Assembly (NCBI GenBank): GCA_028286835.1
Contig: JAQBQT010000011.1
Coordinates: 5,246-69,245 of the forward strand
Source of the DNA: Candidatus Parcubacteria bacterium
GTDB lineage: Bacteria > Patescibacteriota > Minisyncoccia > Phycocordibacterales > PALSA-1337
DNA length: 64,000 bases
Reading direction: 5' to 3'
Under the pieces are notes generated by a model. That model worked only from the letters and a program-made list of their open reading frames with translations. It did not search any database and was not told where the DNA came from. Shown piece after piece: positions 46,930 to 56,896 of the stretch; position 1 is the stretch's first letter; each line of letters opens with the position of its first letter. Made by a program: the position numbers and the translations under genes.

Positions 46930-48995
46930 CGTTGTAGAGAATAATCCAGAACCTTCTTGTCTAAATCCGCTGACATGACCTTGAATGTCACCTTGTCGCC
47001 GAGCGTGTATGTCTTCTTGCTCCGCTCCCCATGGACCGAATATGTCTTCTGATCGAAGACCCAGTAGTCATCGCCGAGGTTCTTGAAATTGATCATGCCT
47101 TCGGACTTGCTGATGTCCTCCTCGACATACATGCCCCACTTAGTCACGCCGGAAATAGTGCCGGTGAATGTCTGGCCGATCCTGGTCGCCATATACTCGA
47201 CCTGCTTGAGCTTCTTGGAGGCGCGCTCTGCTTCGGCGGCGTCGATCTCGCGATCGGTCGACGTCTCGGCGATGTGCTGAAAATTGACGATATCCTTGTC
47301 GCCGAACGGCTGGTTGGCCAGATGCTTGGCAAGGACGCGATGGACCAAAAGATCGGGATAGCGGCGGATCGGCGAGGTGAAATGAGTATAAAAATCAAAA
47401 GCCAGACCGAAGTGGCCGATATTCTTGGTCGAGTAGATGGCCTTCTGCATGGAGCGGATGGTGGCAGTGCGGATGAGAGACTCGTGCGCCGTGCCTTCGA
47501 TCTGCTCGAGAAGGCTGTTGAGACCGCGGGCGGTGACAGCGCCGTCCTTCCCGAGTTGGAGGTCGTAACCGAGAGCCTTCACGAATGTGGCGAGCTCGCC
47601 GATCTTTTCCTTGTCCGGCGAATCATGGATGCGGTATATGGCTCCCGTGTCGCGCGTCCCCTTCTTCTTGATCTCGTCGAAGATGAACCTGGCGACCTCG
47701 CGGTTGGCGAGCAGCATATATTCCTCGACGAGCTTGTGGGTGTCGAGGCGCGGCTTCGTGTAGACGCCGATAGGACGGCCTTCGGCATCGAGCTTGAATT
47801 TGACCTCCTCCTGCTCGAACTCGATGGCGCCTTCGGCGAACTTGTTCTTCTGGAGGATCTTGGCGATGCGGTTCAGTATGATGAGGCTGTCGCGATAGTG
47901 CATGCCTGCTTCCGCGGATGCGGCTGTCTGAATGCCGTTCGAATACTTATCGATGTTGGCCGTGGTGCCGTCGATCGCCGACTGCGCCGTCTCATATGTA
48001 TAGCGATGCGTCGAATTCATGATGGTGCGGCCGAACCAGCGCTCGAGTATCTCCGCCTTGTCATTCATGACGAAGATGGCCGAGAATGAGAGCTTGTCCT
48101 CGTGTGGATTGAGCGAGCACACATCGTTGGAGAGCACTTCGGGAAGCATGGGGATGGTGCGGTCGACGAGGTATACGGAACAGCCGCGCTTCACGGCCTC
48201 CTTGTCGAGAGCGGATCCTTCGCGGACATAGTGCGACACGTCGGCGATATGCACGCCGATCTCGTACCGCTTGGCATCACCCCCTGCACCCGGCAGTTCC
48301 TTGAATGAGATGGCGTCGTCGAAATCCTTGGCGTCGAACGGGTCGATCGTGAATGTCTGAGTGGTGCGCATGTCGCGGCGATCGGCGATCTCCTCCGCGG
48401 TGATGATCTTGCCCTTGGTGCCGATCTCGCGAGCTTCGCGCTCTACCTCCGGCGGGAAGCCGACGGCGAAGCCCTTCTCGAGCACGATGGACTCCATCTC
48501 GACATCATTCACGCCCTTCTTGCCGAGGATTCGGATGACTTTTCCTGTCGGGCGCTTCTGCGCATCTTTCCAGGAGGCAAAATCGATCTCGACATACACC
48601 TTGAGGCCGTCGACAAGCCCAGCGGCCGCAGCAGCAGGAATAAGGATGCTCGTATACATGCGCTTGTCATCAGGAATGAGGATGACATCTCCACGTTCTG
48701 CTCCGCCCGGCTTGGTATCTATAGTTCCCACGAATGCGGTCTTTGCGCGCTCGATGACGCGCGTGACGACGCCGACGCGCTCCATGACGCCTCGCATCTT
48801 GCGGTTCTCCACGCGGACTTCGACGGTGTCATTATTGAGCGCCGTATTGAGGAAGCCTGGCTCTATATATATTGACTCCTTAGTTGGATCCGGATCATCC
48901 AAAAAGCCCGCGCCTTTGGCGATGGTCGAGATGGAGCCGATAACGAGCTGCTCTTTTTGCTGGCCAGACATATTGTTTTCTGCGGAGGGATTCAC
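46926..48995 (-). CDS. rnr: ribonuclease R (RNB family 3'-5' exoribonuclease)
   Basis: N-terminal cold-shock/OB domains, the RNB catalytic region (TIDPFDAKDFDDAISF, GVHIADVSHYV), and a C-terminal S1 domain. Confidence 0.9.
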   Translation of the reverse strand: MNPSAENNMSGQQKEQLVIGSISTIAKGAGFLDDPDPTKESIYIEPGFLNTALNNDTVEVRVENRKMRGVMERVGVVTRVIERAKTAFVGTIDTKPGGAERGDVILIPDDKRMYTSILIPAAAAAGLVDGLKVYVEIDFASWKDAQKRPTGKVIRILGKKGVNDVEMESIVLEKGFAVGFPPEVEREAREIGTKGKIITAEEIADRRDMRTTQTFTIDPFDAKDFDDAISFKELPGAGGDAKRYEIGVHIADVSHYVREGSALDKEAVKRGCSVYLVDRTIPMLPEVLSNDVCSLNPHEDKLSFSAIFVMNDKAEILERWFGRTIMNSTHRYTYETAQSAIDGTTANIDKYSNGIQTAASAEAGMHYRDSLIILNRIAKILQKNKFAEGAIEFEQEEVKFKLDAEGRPIGVYTKPRLDTHKLVEEYMLLANREVARFIFDEIKKKGTRDTGAIYRIHDSPDKEKIGELATFVKALGYDLQLGKDGAVTARGLNSLLEQIEGTAHESLIRTATIRSMQKAIYSTKNIGHFGLAFDFYTHFTSPIRRYPDLLVHRVLAKHLANQPFGDKDIVNFQHIAETSTDREIDAAEAERASKKLKQVEYMATRIGQTFTGTISGVTKWGMYVEEDISKSEGMINFKNLGDDYWVFDQKTYSVHGERSKKTYTLGDKVTFKVMSADLDKKVLDYSLQR

Positions 48996-49010
48996 GAAAA
49001 GACTATATCA

Positions 49011-49598
49011 TTAAACGGTTTTCTGCGCATTTGGATTCTCTTCTCGAGGCGAATCGCGATGCTCCTTCAATATCTTATATTCCTTCCAGATGAACCAGAG
49101 GACGACGATGTCGATGGCCGTAAGAACAGCCTGCACGGCGGAATGAGCCGTTATCACCAGATATATCTGATACACCATGGAGAGCCCGATGATGGCGATG
49201 GAAACCGGGTATGCCCACAGATATCTCTTGAGAAGGGCGACCACAAGAGCCAGCTTTATGATTCCCCTGCTGAGGAGATATATGGCGAGCGAGATTGCGC
49301 CGGCCACGGAAAAATGATGGGCGATCTGCATGAGATGGAGGCCGATGAAGTCTGTAGGATCCTCCGCAAGCTCGCCTTGCGCGATGAAGATGAGCTTGCT
49401 CGCGACTTCAGACACAGGCACGAAGAATAAAGCCGCTCCTGTGATTATTTCCAGGATGGAGAGGATGCCCTTTATAAAAACGCTGATCTTGAAGAATCGA
49501 TCGATGCGTTTTTCTTCGTTCGGAGTGTATGACATGGATGCGATGCGGCTTCGGAACGCCCTAACTATACTCTTATGGAGTGGAAGTGGCCACTTCAT
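49011..49598 (-). CDS. DUF2127-like integral membrane protein
   Basis: 195 aa with four to five TM helices. Confidence 0.5.
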   Translation of the reverse strand: MKWPLPLHKSIVRAFRSRIASMSYTPNEEKRIDRFFKISVFIKGILSILEIITGAALFFVPVSEVASKLIFIAQGELAEDPTDFIGLHLMQIAHHFSVAGAISLAIYLLSRGIIKLALVVALLKRYLWAYPVSIAIIGLSMVYQIYLVITAHSAVQAVLTAIDIVVLWFIWKEYKILKEHRDSPREENPNAQKTV

Positions 49599-50826
49599 GC
49601 AGGCCCGGAATGCCGAGCCAGGCGGTGAAATAGATCTTTCCCGTGGAAGGCTCCCGAAGGAGCTCGTTCACTTCGAGATCCTGACCCTTGGTATCGAAAG
49701 GCGACTTTTCATCGGTGACTTTGTACCTAGACAGGAAGCGGAGGTCGCCATTCAAAAATACATCTATATGCCCGTCCTGCGCTGCGTTGTATATGTCCGT
49801 GCCGAAGGCAAAGAAGCCGAATGAAGCTCCCGGGAGGGAGAACCGCTCGACCCTCATATCGCTGGTCCGGATCCTCAGGCCATACGGCACGATCTCGCAG
49901 CCGATATACACATACCCTCCCGATCCGCTCGTGCGGACGAACGGCATGTCGTCGCTCATCGCGCATGGCGCAACCTGGATTGCAGAGATGGGCGCGAGCG
50001 TAAGGGCATTCGTCTTCTCAAAGCCGTTCCCCATGCCTCCGCCGAAATAAAGCTCGGTTGTGGTGCCCTGTGCCGAACCGTATTTGGCGATCGCTGCGGA
50101 GTGGCCATAGAAAACATGACCCTGAGTGTTCACCGTCAGAGAGCCGTCCGAGATCTTTACCTTATACACGGTCGAAGGCGCGGTGTCGGTGATCCCATAT
50201 ATGTATTCGCCGTCGGTCGTGATGGCAGGTTTGCGCCCGGCGTCCACTGTCGTCGTGCTCAGAATGGTCGCAATGGCATAGGTGTGCGGATTGACGACAT
50301 AAAGCTTGAGCGCGCTGTTGTTTGAAAGCTCTATATAGACTTTGTCATTCATGTCGTCATAGACCATGGTCTGAATGTCTCCCCATTCGGGCAGCGTGAT
50401 GATGACGGGCTTCGAAATGTCATCCTCATCGCCGAATATGGTGAGCTGATTCGGCGGGTAGATGTTCCCTGATTTGTTCGACATGCCCACGAAGAATTTT
50501 CCATCCGCCTCCACTGTTCCGTGGGCATATGCAAAGACTTTTGGGGACGAGGAGATTACTCGAGCGGTTCCAAGAGTGATCTCTGGGTGCAGCGCGGGTA
50601 TGACAGGATCGGGATGCCGCTTGAATGGAGGGGTGGAAGAAGCTACAGGACTTTTTGCAGGCTGAGCTTTTGACGGAGGCGGCACAGCCACTACGTAAGG
50701 GCGCGGCAGGAAGCACCAATAGGCGCAGATGGCTGCTATCAGAATGATCCCGAGAATACCCGCACGCAGATATATCCTGCGGCTCTTATTTATTCTTGAT
50801 CGTGAACGTGAAGCGGTACTCTTCAT
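49573..50826 (-). CDS. hypothetical secreted beta-propeller-like protein
   Basis: N-terminal TM/signal sequence, a Pro-rich linker, and repeated beta-strand-rich segments. Confidence 0.5.
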   Translation of the reverse strand: MKSTASRSRSRINKSRRIYLRAGILGIILIAAICAYWCFLPRPYVVAVPPPSKAQPAKSPVASSTPPFKRHPDPVIPALHPEITLGTARVISSSPKVFAYAHGTVEADGKFFVGMSNKSGNIYPPNQLTIFGDEDDISKPVIITLPEWGDIQTMVYDDMNDKVYIELSNNSALKLYVVNPHTYAIATILSTTTVDAGRKPAITTDGEYIYGITDTAPSTVYKVKISDGSLTVNTQGHVFYGHSAAIAKYGSAQGTTTELYFGGGMGNGFEKTNALTLAPISAIQVAPCAMSDDMPFVRTSGSGGYVYIGCEIVPYGLRIRTSDMRVERFSLPGASFGFFAFGTDIYNAAQDGHIDVFLNGDLRFLSRYKVTDEKSPFDTKGQDLEVNELLREPSTGKIYFTAWLGIPGLHEVATSTP

Positions 50827-51514
50827 CCGTGATTTTATGCGTTGATATCGGATACGGCGCGACCTTGTCGAGAGTGATAGCGAGAGTCTCGGTCGTGACT
50901 GTCTGGCCCGGCACTATCTCCATCATCTTTGAAGTCCCCGAAGGCGTCTCGAGCGAGAGGGCGGCTTTGACCCTTCCGGCCCAGATGCAGGTGACGTCTG
51001 ACGGGCAACGGCTGTCTTCGGTGACTGCCCATACTCGGATGGTGGTATTGCCGACCTTGAGCGGCTTCTTGAGCTCAGCGGTCACGGTCGAGCTTGCAGG
51101 GTACGAAGGAATACCCGAAGCGAGTTCTTTGTATGTATCAACCTTGATGATGCCCCTGATGTCATATGCCTGCCAGTGATTGCTATTCAGCATTTCGGCC
51201 GGAACGAATAAGCCCGTCACTGTATACGGCCTATCCATCGGGAGATCGAAGGCGGATACGGACGTACCGCTCCAATCGAGCGCGTAGTATGCGCCGCTGT
51301 CAGCCTTCATGCCGAATGCGCACTCCATGGTCGAAGGACCAGGACCCTTATGCGGCAAGCATGCGAATGTTCCGGCCACCGTTGTCGTGGCGGAAACCGG
51401 CGACGGCGTGCCTCCCTGCGGCACCCGCACCGGCATATGGGTATTGAGCTGGACCAGCACTACGAAGGCCTCGGCTGCGACCAGGATGATAAGCGAAATA
51501 AGAAGTTTTTTCAT
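50786..51514 (-). CDS. hypothetical secreted protein
   Basis: Signal peptide MKKLLISLIILVAAEAF and several Cys residues. Confidence 0.5.
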   Translation of the reverse strand: MKKLLISLIILVAAEAFVVLVQLNTHMPVRVPQGGTPSPVSATTTVAGTFACLPHKGPGPSTMECAFGMKADSGAYYALDWSGTSVSAFDLPMDRPYTVTGLFVPAEMLNSNHWQAYDIRGIIKVDTYKELASGIPSYPASSTVTAELKKPLKVGNTTIRVWAVTEDSRCPSDVTCIWAGRVKAALSLETPSGTSKMMEIVPGQTVTTETLAITLDKVAPYPISTHKITDEEYRFTFTIKNK

Positions 51515-51538
51515 GCAAAAAGTATAGCATTTTTCCGC

Positions 51539-52402
51539 CTACTCGATAGTGCTCGGATCCCAGGTTATATGAAGGTTCTCGTTGAGCGCATCGATGGCCT
51601 TCATGTCTTCCGGCGAGATCTCAAAATCGAATACGTCGATATTCTCTTTGATACGCGCTTCCCTCACGGATTTAGGAATGACAATGCAACCATGCTGAAG
51701 GCCCCATCGGATGAATACCTGCGCATTGCTCTTGCCGTACTTCTTCGCGATCTCAGTCACTCGAGGATCGGCAAGCTTTTCTCCTCTGGCGAGCGGGCTA
51801 TATGCCTCAAGCGCAATGCCTGCGTCCTTGCAGTACGCAAGCAATTCTTCCTGATACAGAAATGGATGGAACTCCACCTGATTCACGGCCGGCTTTATCT
51901 TGGCGTACTTCTTCATCTCCTCAAGATGGCGAACGGTATAGTTAGAAACGCCGATTGCCTTCGCCTTGCCCGATGCATGTATCTCCTCCATGGCTTTCCA
52001 GGTCTCTTCGCGCTTGTTTAGCGCCTTGCCGGACCATATGTTTCCCGCGCCAGGCCAGTGAATGAGATACAGATCGACATAGTCCAGACCGAGAAGTCCG
52101 AGTGACGTATCGATGGCACGCAGCGCATTTTCGTATCCCTGATCCTCATTCCAGAGCTTGGTCGTGACAAAGATATCCTCGCGCGGCACGCCGGAATTCC
52201 TGATGGCATTGCCCACTCCTTCTTCATTGCCATAGATCATGGCCGTATCGATAAGCCTGTATCCAGCGTCCAATGCGTGGCCAATGGCCGCCTCAACCTC
52301 CGCGCCATCCTCCGCCTTCCACACTCCGAGGCCTATGACCGGGATCTCGGTGCCATTAGTAAGTCGAATCGTAGAATCCTTTGTAAGTTTGTTCATATGC
52401 AT
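51539..52402 (-). CDS. aldo/keto reductase (DkgA/YvgN-like)
   Basis: IPVIGLGVWK, GYRLIDTA..YGNE, the catalytic tetrad context, and IPKS near the C-terminus. Confidence 0.85.
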   Translation of the reverse strand: MHMNKLTKDSTIRLTNGTEIPVIGLGVWKAEDGAEVEAAIGHALDAGYRLIDTAMIYGNEEGVGNAIRNSGVPREDIFVTTKLWNEDQGYENALRAIDTSLGLLGLDYVDLYLIHWPGAGNIWSGKALNKREETWKAMEEIHASGKAKAIGVSNYTVRHLEEMKKYAKIKPAVNQVEFHPFLYQEELLAYCKDAGIALEAYSPLARGEKLADPRVTEIAKKYGKSNAQVFIRWGLQHGCIVIPKSVREARIKENIDVFDFEISPEDMKAIDALNENLHITWDPSTIE

Positions 52403-52453
52403 AGTATAAACGTTCTGCCTGGAATAAATTTACCGTTCGCCTATACTTACCCC

Positions 52454-53422
52454 ATGGAACCCCGCGCGATACGCCCTCATACCAAGATCGGACCCTTCTT
52501 TATTTCCGCGCACTTCAAGGACGCCAAGGATCCCTGCATCGTGCATGACGGAGTGACCTGGCACATATTCGGCTCGGGCGGAACGGTCGTGAAGGAGGAG
52601 TGGAGCATCCTGCATGCAACGGCGCCGGACATCGGCGGACCGTGGACCGAACAGGAGCCGGCGAAGCTTGTCGGACTCGAAGGCATGCATGTTGCCGCGC
52701 CCAGCGTGATGTACGACCATCGCGACAAGCTTTTCCATATGGCGATCCAGGAGGACTTCACCGCACCAAGCGGCGGCATCGAATATCTCGTATCCGCGGA
52801 CGGCAAGACGTTCAGCTGGATGAAGAACCTCCTCGAGCCGATCTCTGGCTCGGCCGAAGCCGGACTCTATGATCCGCATTTTTCCGGGATCCGCGGAGAG
52901 AAATACCTGGTGTACGCCGGCATGCCTGCGTTCATGAGCAATGACCGGCCATTCATCCCCCAGCCGGACATCTTCGTCGCAAAGAGCCAGACGAACCTCT
53001 GGACCGGCCCGTGGAACCGCATGCAGAAGATCCTCGATCATGACGAGATCGCCTGGCATCACAACAGGCGCCAGGATCCCGACTACGAATGGGGCATCGA
53101 AGGGCCTCAGCTCGTCGAGCTTCCGAACGGCAAGATACTCCTCAATGCGACCTGCTTCCTGCCGGAAGGCAGGCGCGGCACGAGGCAGCGAGTATTCTTC
53201 GCCCTTGCCGACAATCCTGAAGGCCCATTCAAGAGCCTCGGCCCCGTCCTATCCGATCGGGACCAGGAATGGGAGTCCGGCGAGAATGGGCATGCGACCG
53301 CCTGGGTCTATCGCGACCAGCTCTATCTCTTCTATCAGGCGCGATCGCAAAAAAATCCCGATCCCCTTGCCAACAACTGGCAATACGGGCTCGCGATGTT
53401 CGACCTCAAGGACTTGATGTAA
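52454..53422 (+). CDS. beta-propeller glycoside hydrolase-like protein (GH43/GH130 superfamily suspected)
   Basis: DPCIVHDGVTWHIFGS resembles the first blade of five-bladed propeller glycosidases. The ATG at 52454 was chosen, which avoids a 125-nt antisense overlap with the AKR gene. Confidence 0.5.
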   Translation: MEPRAIRPHTKIGPFFISAHFKDAKDPCIVHDGVTWHIFGSGGTVVKEEWSILHATAPDIGGPWTEQEPAKLVGLEGMHVAAPSVMYDHRDKLFHMAIQEDFTAPSGGIEYLVSADGKTFSWMKNLLEPISGSAEAGLYDPHFSGIRGEKYLVYAGMPAFMSNDRPFIPQPDIFVAKSQTNLWTGPWNRMQKILDHDEIAWHHNRRQDPDYEWGIEGPQLVELPNGKILLNATCFLPEGRRGTRQRVFFALADNPEGPFKSLGPVLSDRDQEWESGENGHATAWVYRDQLYLFYQARSQKNPDPLANNWQYGLAMFDLKDLM

Positions 53423-53449
53423 AAAACGAGAAATAAGCTGCGTCGCTGG

Positions 53450-53974
53450 TTATGGATCCGGCTGGACTGCGCAATTGACGCAATAGCCCGGGACATTCTC
53501 GTCCCGATGCGCGGTGCAAGGGCCGGATACGCACCAGTACACGGCGCTATTCACCTGGAAATTCTGAGCCCATGCAGCCTTGGGGAATTGGCAATCTGAC
53601 AGATCTCCCCCGAGCGGGCAGAAGCGTATGCTGATCTGATCCACGGGAGTAGGCAGATCCGACCAGTTATCCCAGTCGTACACGCTTCCGGGCCACGGCG
53701 CATTCGGCCATGAATGAACATTGCCCCCGGCGATATATGGGCCGAGCCCGGGAGGGATATTCCTGTCGACATCATCGGGGTATTGCCCGTTATGTTCGGA
53801 TTGATAGAGCTCGAGGGCCGTCCAGATCGTGTAGAGCTCCTGTTTGGCGCGGCCTAGGTATGCCTTATCTCGCGCTTCATTCACGGAGACGAGCACGATC
53901 GAGGCGAGCATGCCGATGATGGAGAGGACGACCAGAAGCTCGATGAGCGTAAAGCCTTTTTGAGTCTGTTCCAT
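53450..53974 (-). CDS. type IV pilin / pseudopilin with a prepilin N-methylation site
   Basis: KGFTLIELLVVLSIIGMLASIVL is the class III signal peptide G/FTLIE. C-terminal Cys pairs. The ATG at 53974 was chosen (MEQTQKGFTLIE). Confidence 0.75.
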   Translation of the reverse strand: MEQTQKGFTLIELLVVLSIIGMLASIVLVSVNEARDKAYLGRAKQELYTIWTALELYQSEHNGQYPDDVDRNIPPGLGPYIAGGNVHSWPNAPWPGSVYDWDNWSDLPTPVDQISIRFCPLGGDLSDCQFPKAAWAQNFQVNSAVYWCVSGPCTAHRDENVPGYCVNCAVQPDP

Positions 53975-54084
53975 GACAATATAGTAGCATTTTTGCTGAT
54001 TGACCCGCATCATTTCCCATGATACTTTTGAGCCATCCAACAGCACCTTTTAAACCTCAACCGCACATAATCACAGGGGTATGT

Positions 54085-54396
54085 ATGAAAACACTGACCG
54101 ATCGCGAACGCCAGGGAGGGCGCGAGCGGCGAACAGCTGAATGCGCTCCCCTGCTGAAACAGCTTCATAAATGCAAGGGCCTGGCAAAGCTCAAGGAGGA
54201 GATAACCCTGTCAGTCCATGACCCTCTCAATGACGGCACCGAACCGTGGTCGAGCCTCCATGTGACCCGCCAAGGCTTGGAGATACAGAAGGAAGGGATC
54301 AGATCGCGTGTGACTGATTTCGAGTATTGCGCCCAGCTCTTCGAGTTTCTGAATGAGCACGAGATCAGTATGCTGATCGATGATCTGAGCTCCTGA
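54085..54396 (+). CDS. hypothetical small protein (103 aa)
   Basis: ORF with an ATG at 54085, followed immediately by a strong rho-independent terminator. No family recognised. Confidence 0.45.
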   Translation: MKTLTDRERQGGRERRTAECAPLLKQLHKCKGLAKLKEEITLSVHDPLNDGTEPWSSLHVTRQGLEIQKEGIRSRVTDFEYCAQLFEFLNEHEISMLIDDLSS

Positions 54397-54411
54397 GATA
54401 TCATGCGTGCC

Positions 54412-54441
54412 GCCGGTCCTTCCGAAAGGGCCGGCTTTTTT
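54412..54441 (+). terminator. rho-independent terminator
   Basis: GCCGGTCCTTCCGAAAGGGCCGGC followed by TTTTTT. Confidence 0.7.
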
Positions 54442-54471
54442 ATTCAGATGAGCTCGGATTTATCGGACAGC

Positions 54472-54873
54472 TTACGCAATTACCTGAGTGCAGTGGGAAC
54501 AGCGCTTGGCCTGAATGGGGATCTCGCTCATGCATTCAGGGCATTTCTTGGTCGTCGGATCGGCGGGAGGCTGCCTGCGCGAGCGCGACACAAGGACGTT
54601 TATCGGCTTCACCACGAAGAAGAAGACGGTGGAGGCGACGAGAACGAACGAGATGAGCGCATTCAGGAGATGGCCGTATGCGAACGTGCTTCCATGCACA
54701 GTAAAAACAAGATGGCTCAGATCGGGGATATTAGCGACGGTCGATATAAAAGGCGTCAGAAGGTCGGCTACGAGGGCATTCACGACCGAGGTGAATGCCG
54801 CACCGACGACGACACCGACCGCAAGGTCCACCACATTGCCTCGGAGCAGGAATTGTTTGAAGTCTTTGAACAT
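54472..54873 (-). CDS. mscL: large-conductance mechanosensitive channel MscL with a C-terminal zinc-ribbon extension
   Basis: MFKDFKQFLLRGNVVDLAVGVVVGAAFTSVVNALV is the MscL signature. C-terminal CPEC..CSHC. The ATG at 54873 was chosen; the track ORF has a 60-codon upstream extension. Confidence 0.85.
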   Translation of the reverse strand: MFKDFKQFLLRGNVVDLAVGVVVGAAFTSVVNALVADLLTPFISTVANIPDLSHLVFTVHGSTFAYGHLLNALISFVLVASTVFFFVVKPINVLVSRSRRQPPADPTTKKCPECMSEIPIQAKRCSHCTQVIA

Positions 54874-54943
54874 GGCGATATTATAAGCAAAAGACGTGCA
54901 CAGGACAACCTGTGCACGTGTTGCATGAGGCTTATTTGGACAA

Positions 54944-54971
54944 TAAAAAGACCGTCTCAAGGACGGTCTTA
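54944..54971 (-). terminator. rho-independent terminator after the HD-domain gene
   Basis: AAGACCGTC-TCAAG-GACGGTCTT, with a T-run on the minus strand. Confidence 0.6.
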
Positions 54972-54974
54972 TAC

Positions 54975-55535
54975 TCACAACCCAAAACGTATCGCGGCTT
55001 TCGCATATTCGGCTTCGAAAAGCGCATCGAGCACGGGACTTATTCCTTTGCATTCATCCGCAATCAGCTTGGCACCTCGAATGTAATTAGCCAATTCGCC
55101 TTCCTTTTCCGCCCATTTTTTGGAAGGATCAACAGTAAGCGACCTTACATTCGAAGTCTGATCGGCAATCTTGATTCTTTTCACCGAGTTACTCTTGCCC
55201 CTAACACGAACAGATTGTCGGCGTTTTCGTTCTGCTGTTGGTAGATCCGTGAACTCGGGTGGATCGGTGAGACCATCAACATTGGCCGCAACCTGATTCT
55301 CAAACCTAGCTTCAATTTCAGCAAGTGTTATCTTCGTATCCTCAACCATGTCATGAAGCCATGCTGAAGCGATTTCGATATCGCTGCCACCTGAGGCCCA
55401 GACAAGATCTGCAACCTCTTGTAGGTGTTCAGTCTGTTGTAGCCGACGACCTGATATCATTTCCCAAAAAATATCTTTATGCTCGCACAGCGCAAAAACT
55501 TTTGCCCGAATAATGAGATTATTATGATTTGTCAT
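54975..55535 (-). CDS. HD-domain (p)ppGpp-hydrolase-like protein, RelA/SpoT-type HD (small alarmone hydrolase, Mesh1-like)
   Basis: HLQEVADLV..SGGSDIEIASAWLHDMVEDT..LAEIEARFENQVAANVDGLT matches the SpoT-type HD motif. ~186 aa with no synthetase domain. The ATG at 55535 was chosen. The region is AT-richer than its surroundings. Confidence 0.65.
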   Translation of the reverse strand: MTNHNNLIIRAKVFALCEHKDIFWEMISGRRLQQTEHLQEVADLVWASGGSDIEIASAWLHDMVEDTKITLAEIEARFENQVAANVDGLTDPPEFTDLPTAERKRRQSVRVRGKSNSVKRIKIADQTSNVRSLTVDPSKKWAEKEGELANYIRGAKLIADECKGISPVLDALFEAEYAKAAIRFGL

Positions 55536-55642
55536 ATCTGGGCTGATACTAACAGAGATCGCTATTGAGTCAATATTAAAATTATAGCCAAATTTGCTAG
55601 TCGTATGGTTCGACGTTTGAAGCACTTCCAACAAATTGCTAC

Positions 55643-56158
55643 CTAACTAGCCCTGCTTAAAATATCATTAATAAATTCGATTTTCCTGCGATAATATTCT
55701 TTGACTGTCACACCATTGCTTTCTTCCTTTAATATTCTATAACGCTCCAGTTCCTCGGGATGTTTCCATAGATATGCCTCAAAAATCTTGCCGCGAATAT
55801 GATTAGGGTGATCCTCATCCGATATCTTCAGATCGATCTTTTTCCCTTCCACTTCTGTTTTGAATCTGACTCGATCAGGATATTGCGACTTCATAGGACC
55901 AAACTCCTTTTCTAGCTTGGGGATATAATCGGCAAACATTGCCTTATTGGCTACGATCGTAACATCGATTTCATCCTGTCCTGATATGCCAAAACTGCTC
56001 GCTCCGCAATGCTCTACAACCGCTTCTGGACCCAAAACTTTCAATATCCTCTCTTTGATCGAACCGTATAATCTTTCTGTCCTTGGATCGTACGGAACAA
56101 TTGATATAGCTTTATCGGAAAGAGTGCTCAAAAATTCTTCTTGTTCTTTGGTGATCAT
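55643..56158 (-). CDS. GrpB family protein (nucleotidyltransferase fold, UPF0157)
   Basis: HCGASSFGISGQDEIDV and FEAYLWKHPEELERYRILK correspond to the GrpB motifs hGSTAVPGL..IDI and FRDYLRxHPE..Y..LK. The ATG at 56158 was chosen. Confidence 0.6.
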   Translation of the reverse strand: MITKEQEEFLSTLSDKAISIVPYDPRTERLYGSIKERILKVLGPEAVVEHCGASSFGISGQDEIDVTIVANKAMFADYIPKLEKEFGPMKSQYPDRVRFKTEVEGKKIDLKISDEDHPNHIRGKIFEAYLWKHPEELERYRILKEESNGVTVKEYYRRKIEFINDILSRAS

Positions 56159-56168
56159 AAATTGATGA

Positions 56169-56522
56169 CTATATAGTTCGCAAAATCTTCTCCATCGGCC
56201 TGCCCTTGGCCAGCTCATCGATCAATTTGTCTAGATAACGGAGATTCTGCATGAGGGGGTCTTCGATCTCTTCGACACGTATGCCGCAGATAACGCCGGT
56301 GATCTGGGATCGCGCAGGATTCATCTTAGGAGCCTCGCCGTAGAAATCCCTGAATGGCGTCTGCTTCTTGAGCTGCCCCTCCAATCCTTTCTGGGTATAC
56401 CCCGTCAGCCAGCAGATGATCTCATCGACTTCGGCTTTGGTGCGACCCTTCCTCTCCGCCTTGGCGATGTAATACGGATAGACTTTTGCGAACGGCGTTG
56501 CGTAGAGATTTTCTTTAAGCAT
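56169..56522 (-). CDS. DUF2200-like protein
   Basis: [42 protein letters not shown]. The ATG at 56522 was chosen. Confidence 0.5.
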   Translation of the reverse strand: MLKENLYATPFAKVYPYYIAKAERKGRTKAEVDEIICWLTGYTQKGLEGQLKKQTPFRDFYGEAPKMNPARSQITGVICGIRVEEIEDPLMQNLRYLDKLIDELAKGRPMEKILRTI

Positions 56523-56587
56523 GGGATTTAATCTGCGATCTTGTTGGCTGTATGGTTGGGTGTATGAACAATTATGCAACAAATTCG

Positions 56588-56616
56588 ATAAAACAAAAAG
56601 GGCTAGTCATTGTAAC
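56588..56616 (-). terminator. rho-independent terminator after the small ORF 56647..56844
   Basis: AAGGGCTAGT-cattgta-ACTAGCCCTT, followed on the minus strand by TTTTTGTTTT. Confidence 0.65.
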
Positions 56617-56646
56617 TAGCCCTTGATTTACTATCTTAGAATTTGA

Positions 56647-56844
56647 TTACCGGGGCTTCCGATTATCAACCTGCGACAGTACAAACCTCACTACATCCTC
56701 AACGCTGACCCCAACAGCAAACTGAGGGGGCCGGTCCTTTAGTGCGTTGGCAATAGGATTGCCTACGGTTTCTTGACCTGCGCCGAACGTTCTGAATTGC
56801 AAACTCACGCTTTTTATAATTTTTTGAATTTTTTCTTCATTCAT
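56647..56844 (-). CDS. small hypothetical protein (65 aa)
   Basis: ORF with its own downstream terminator. The ATG is at 56844 (MNEEKIQKII). Confidence 0.35.
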   Translation of the reverse strand: MNEEKIQKIIKSVSLQFRTFGAGQETVGNPIANALKDRPPQFAVGVSVEDVVRFVLSQVDNRKPR

Positions 56845-56896
56845 ATACAAAACCTTTCTATGCTATTATAGCATAATACTAGATTCTGTCAAGTTG

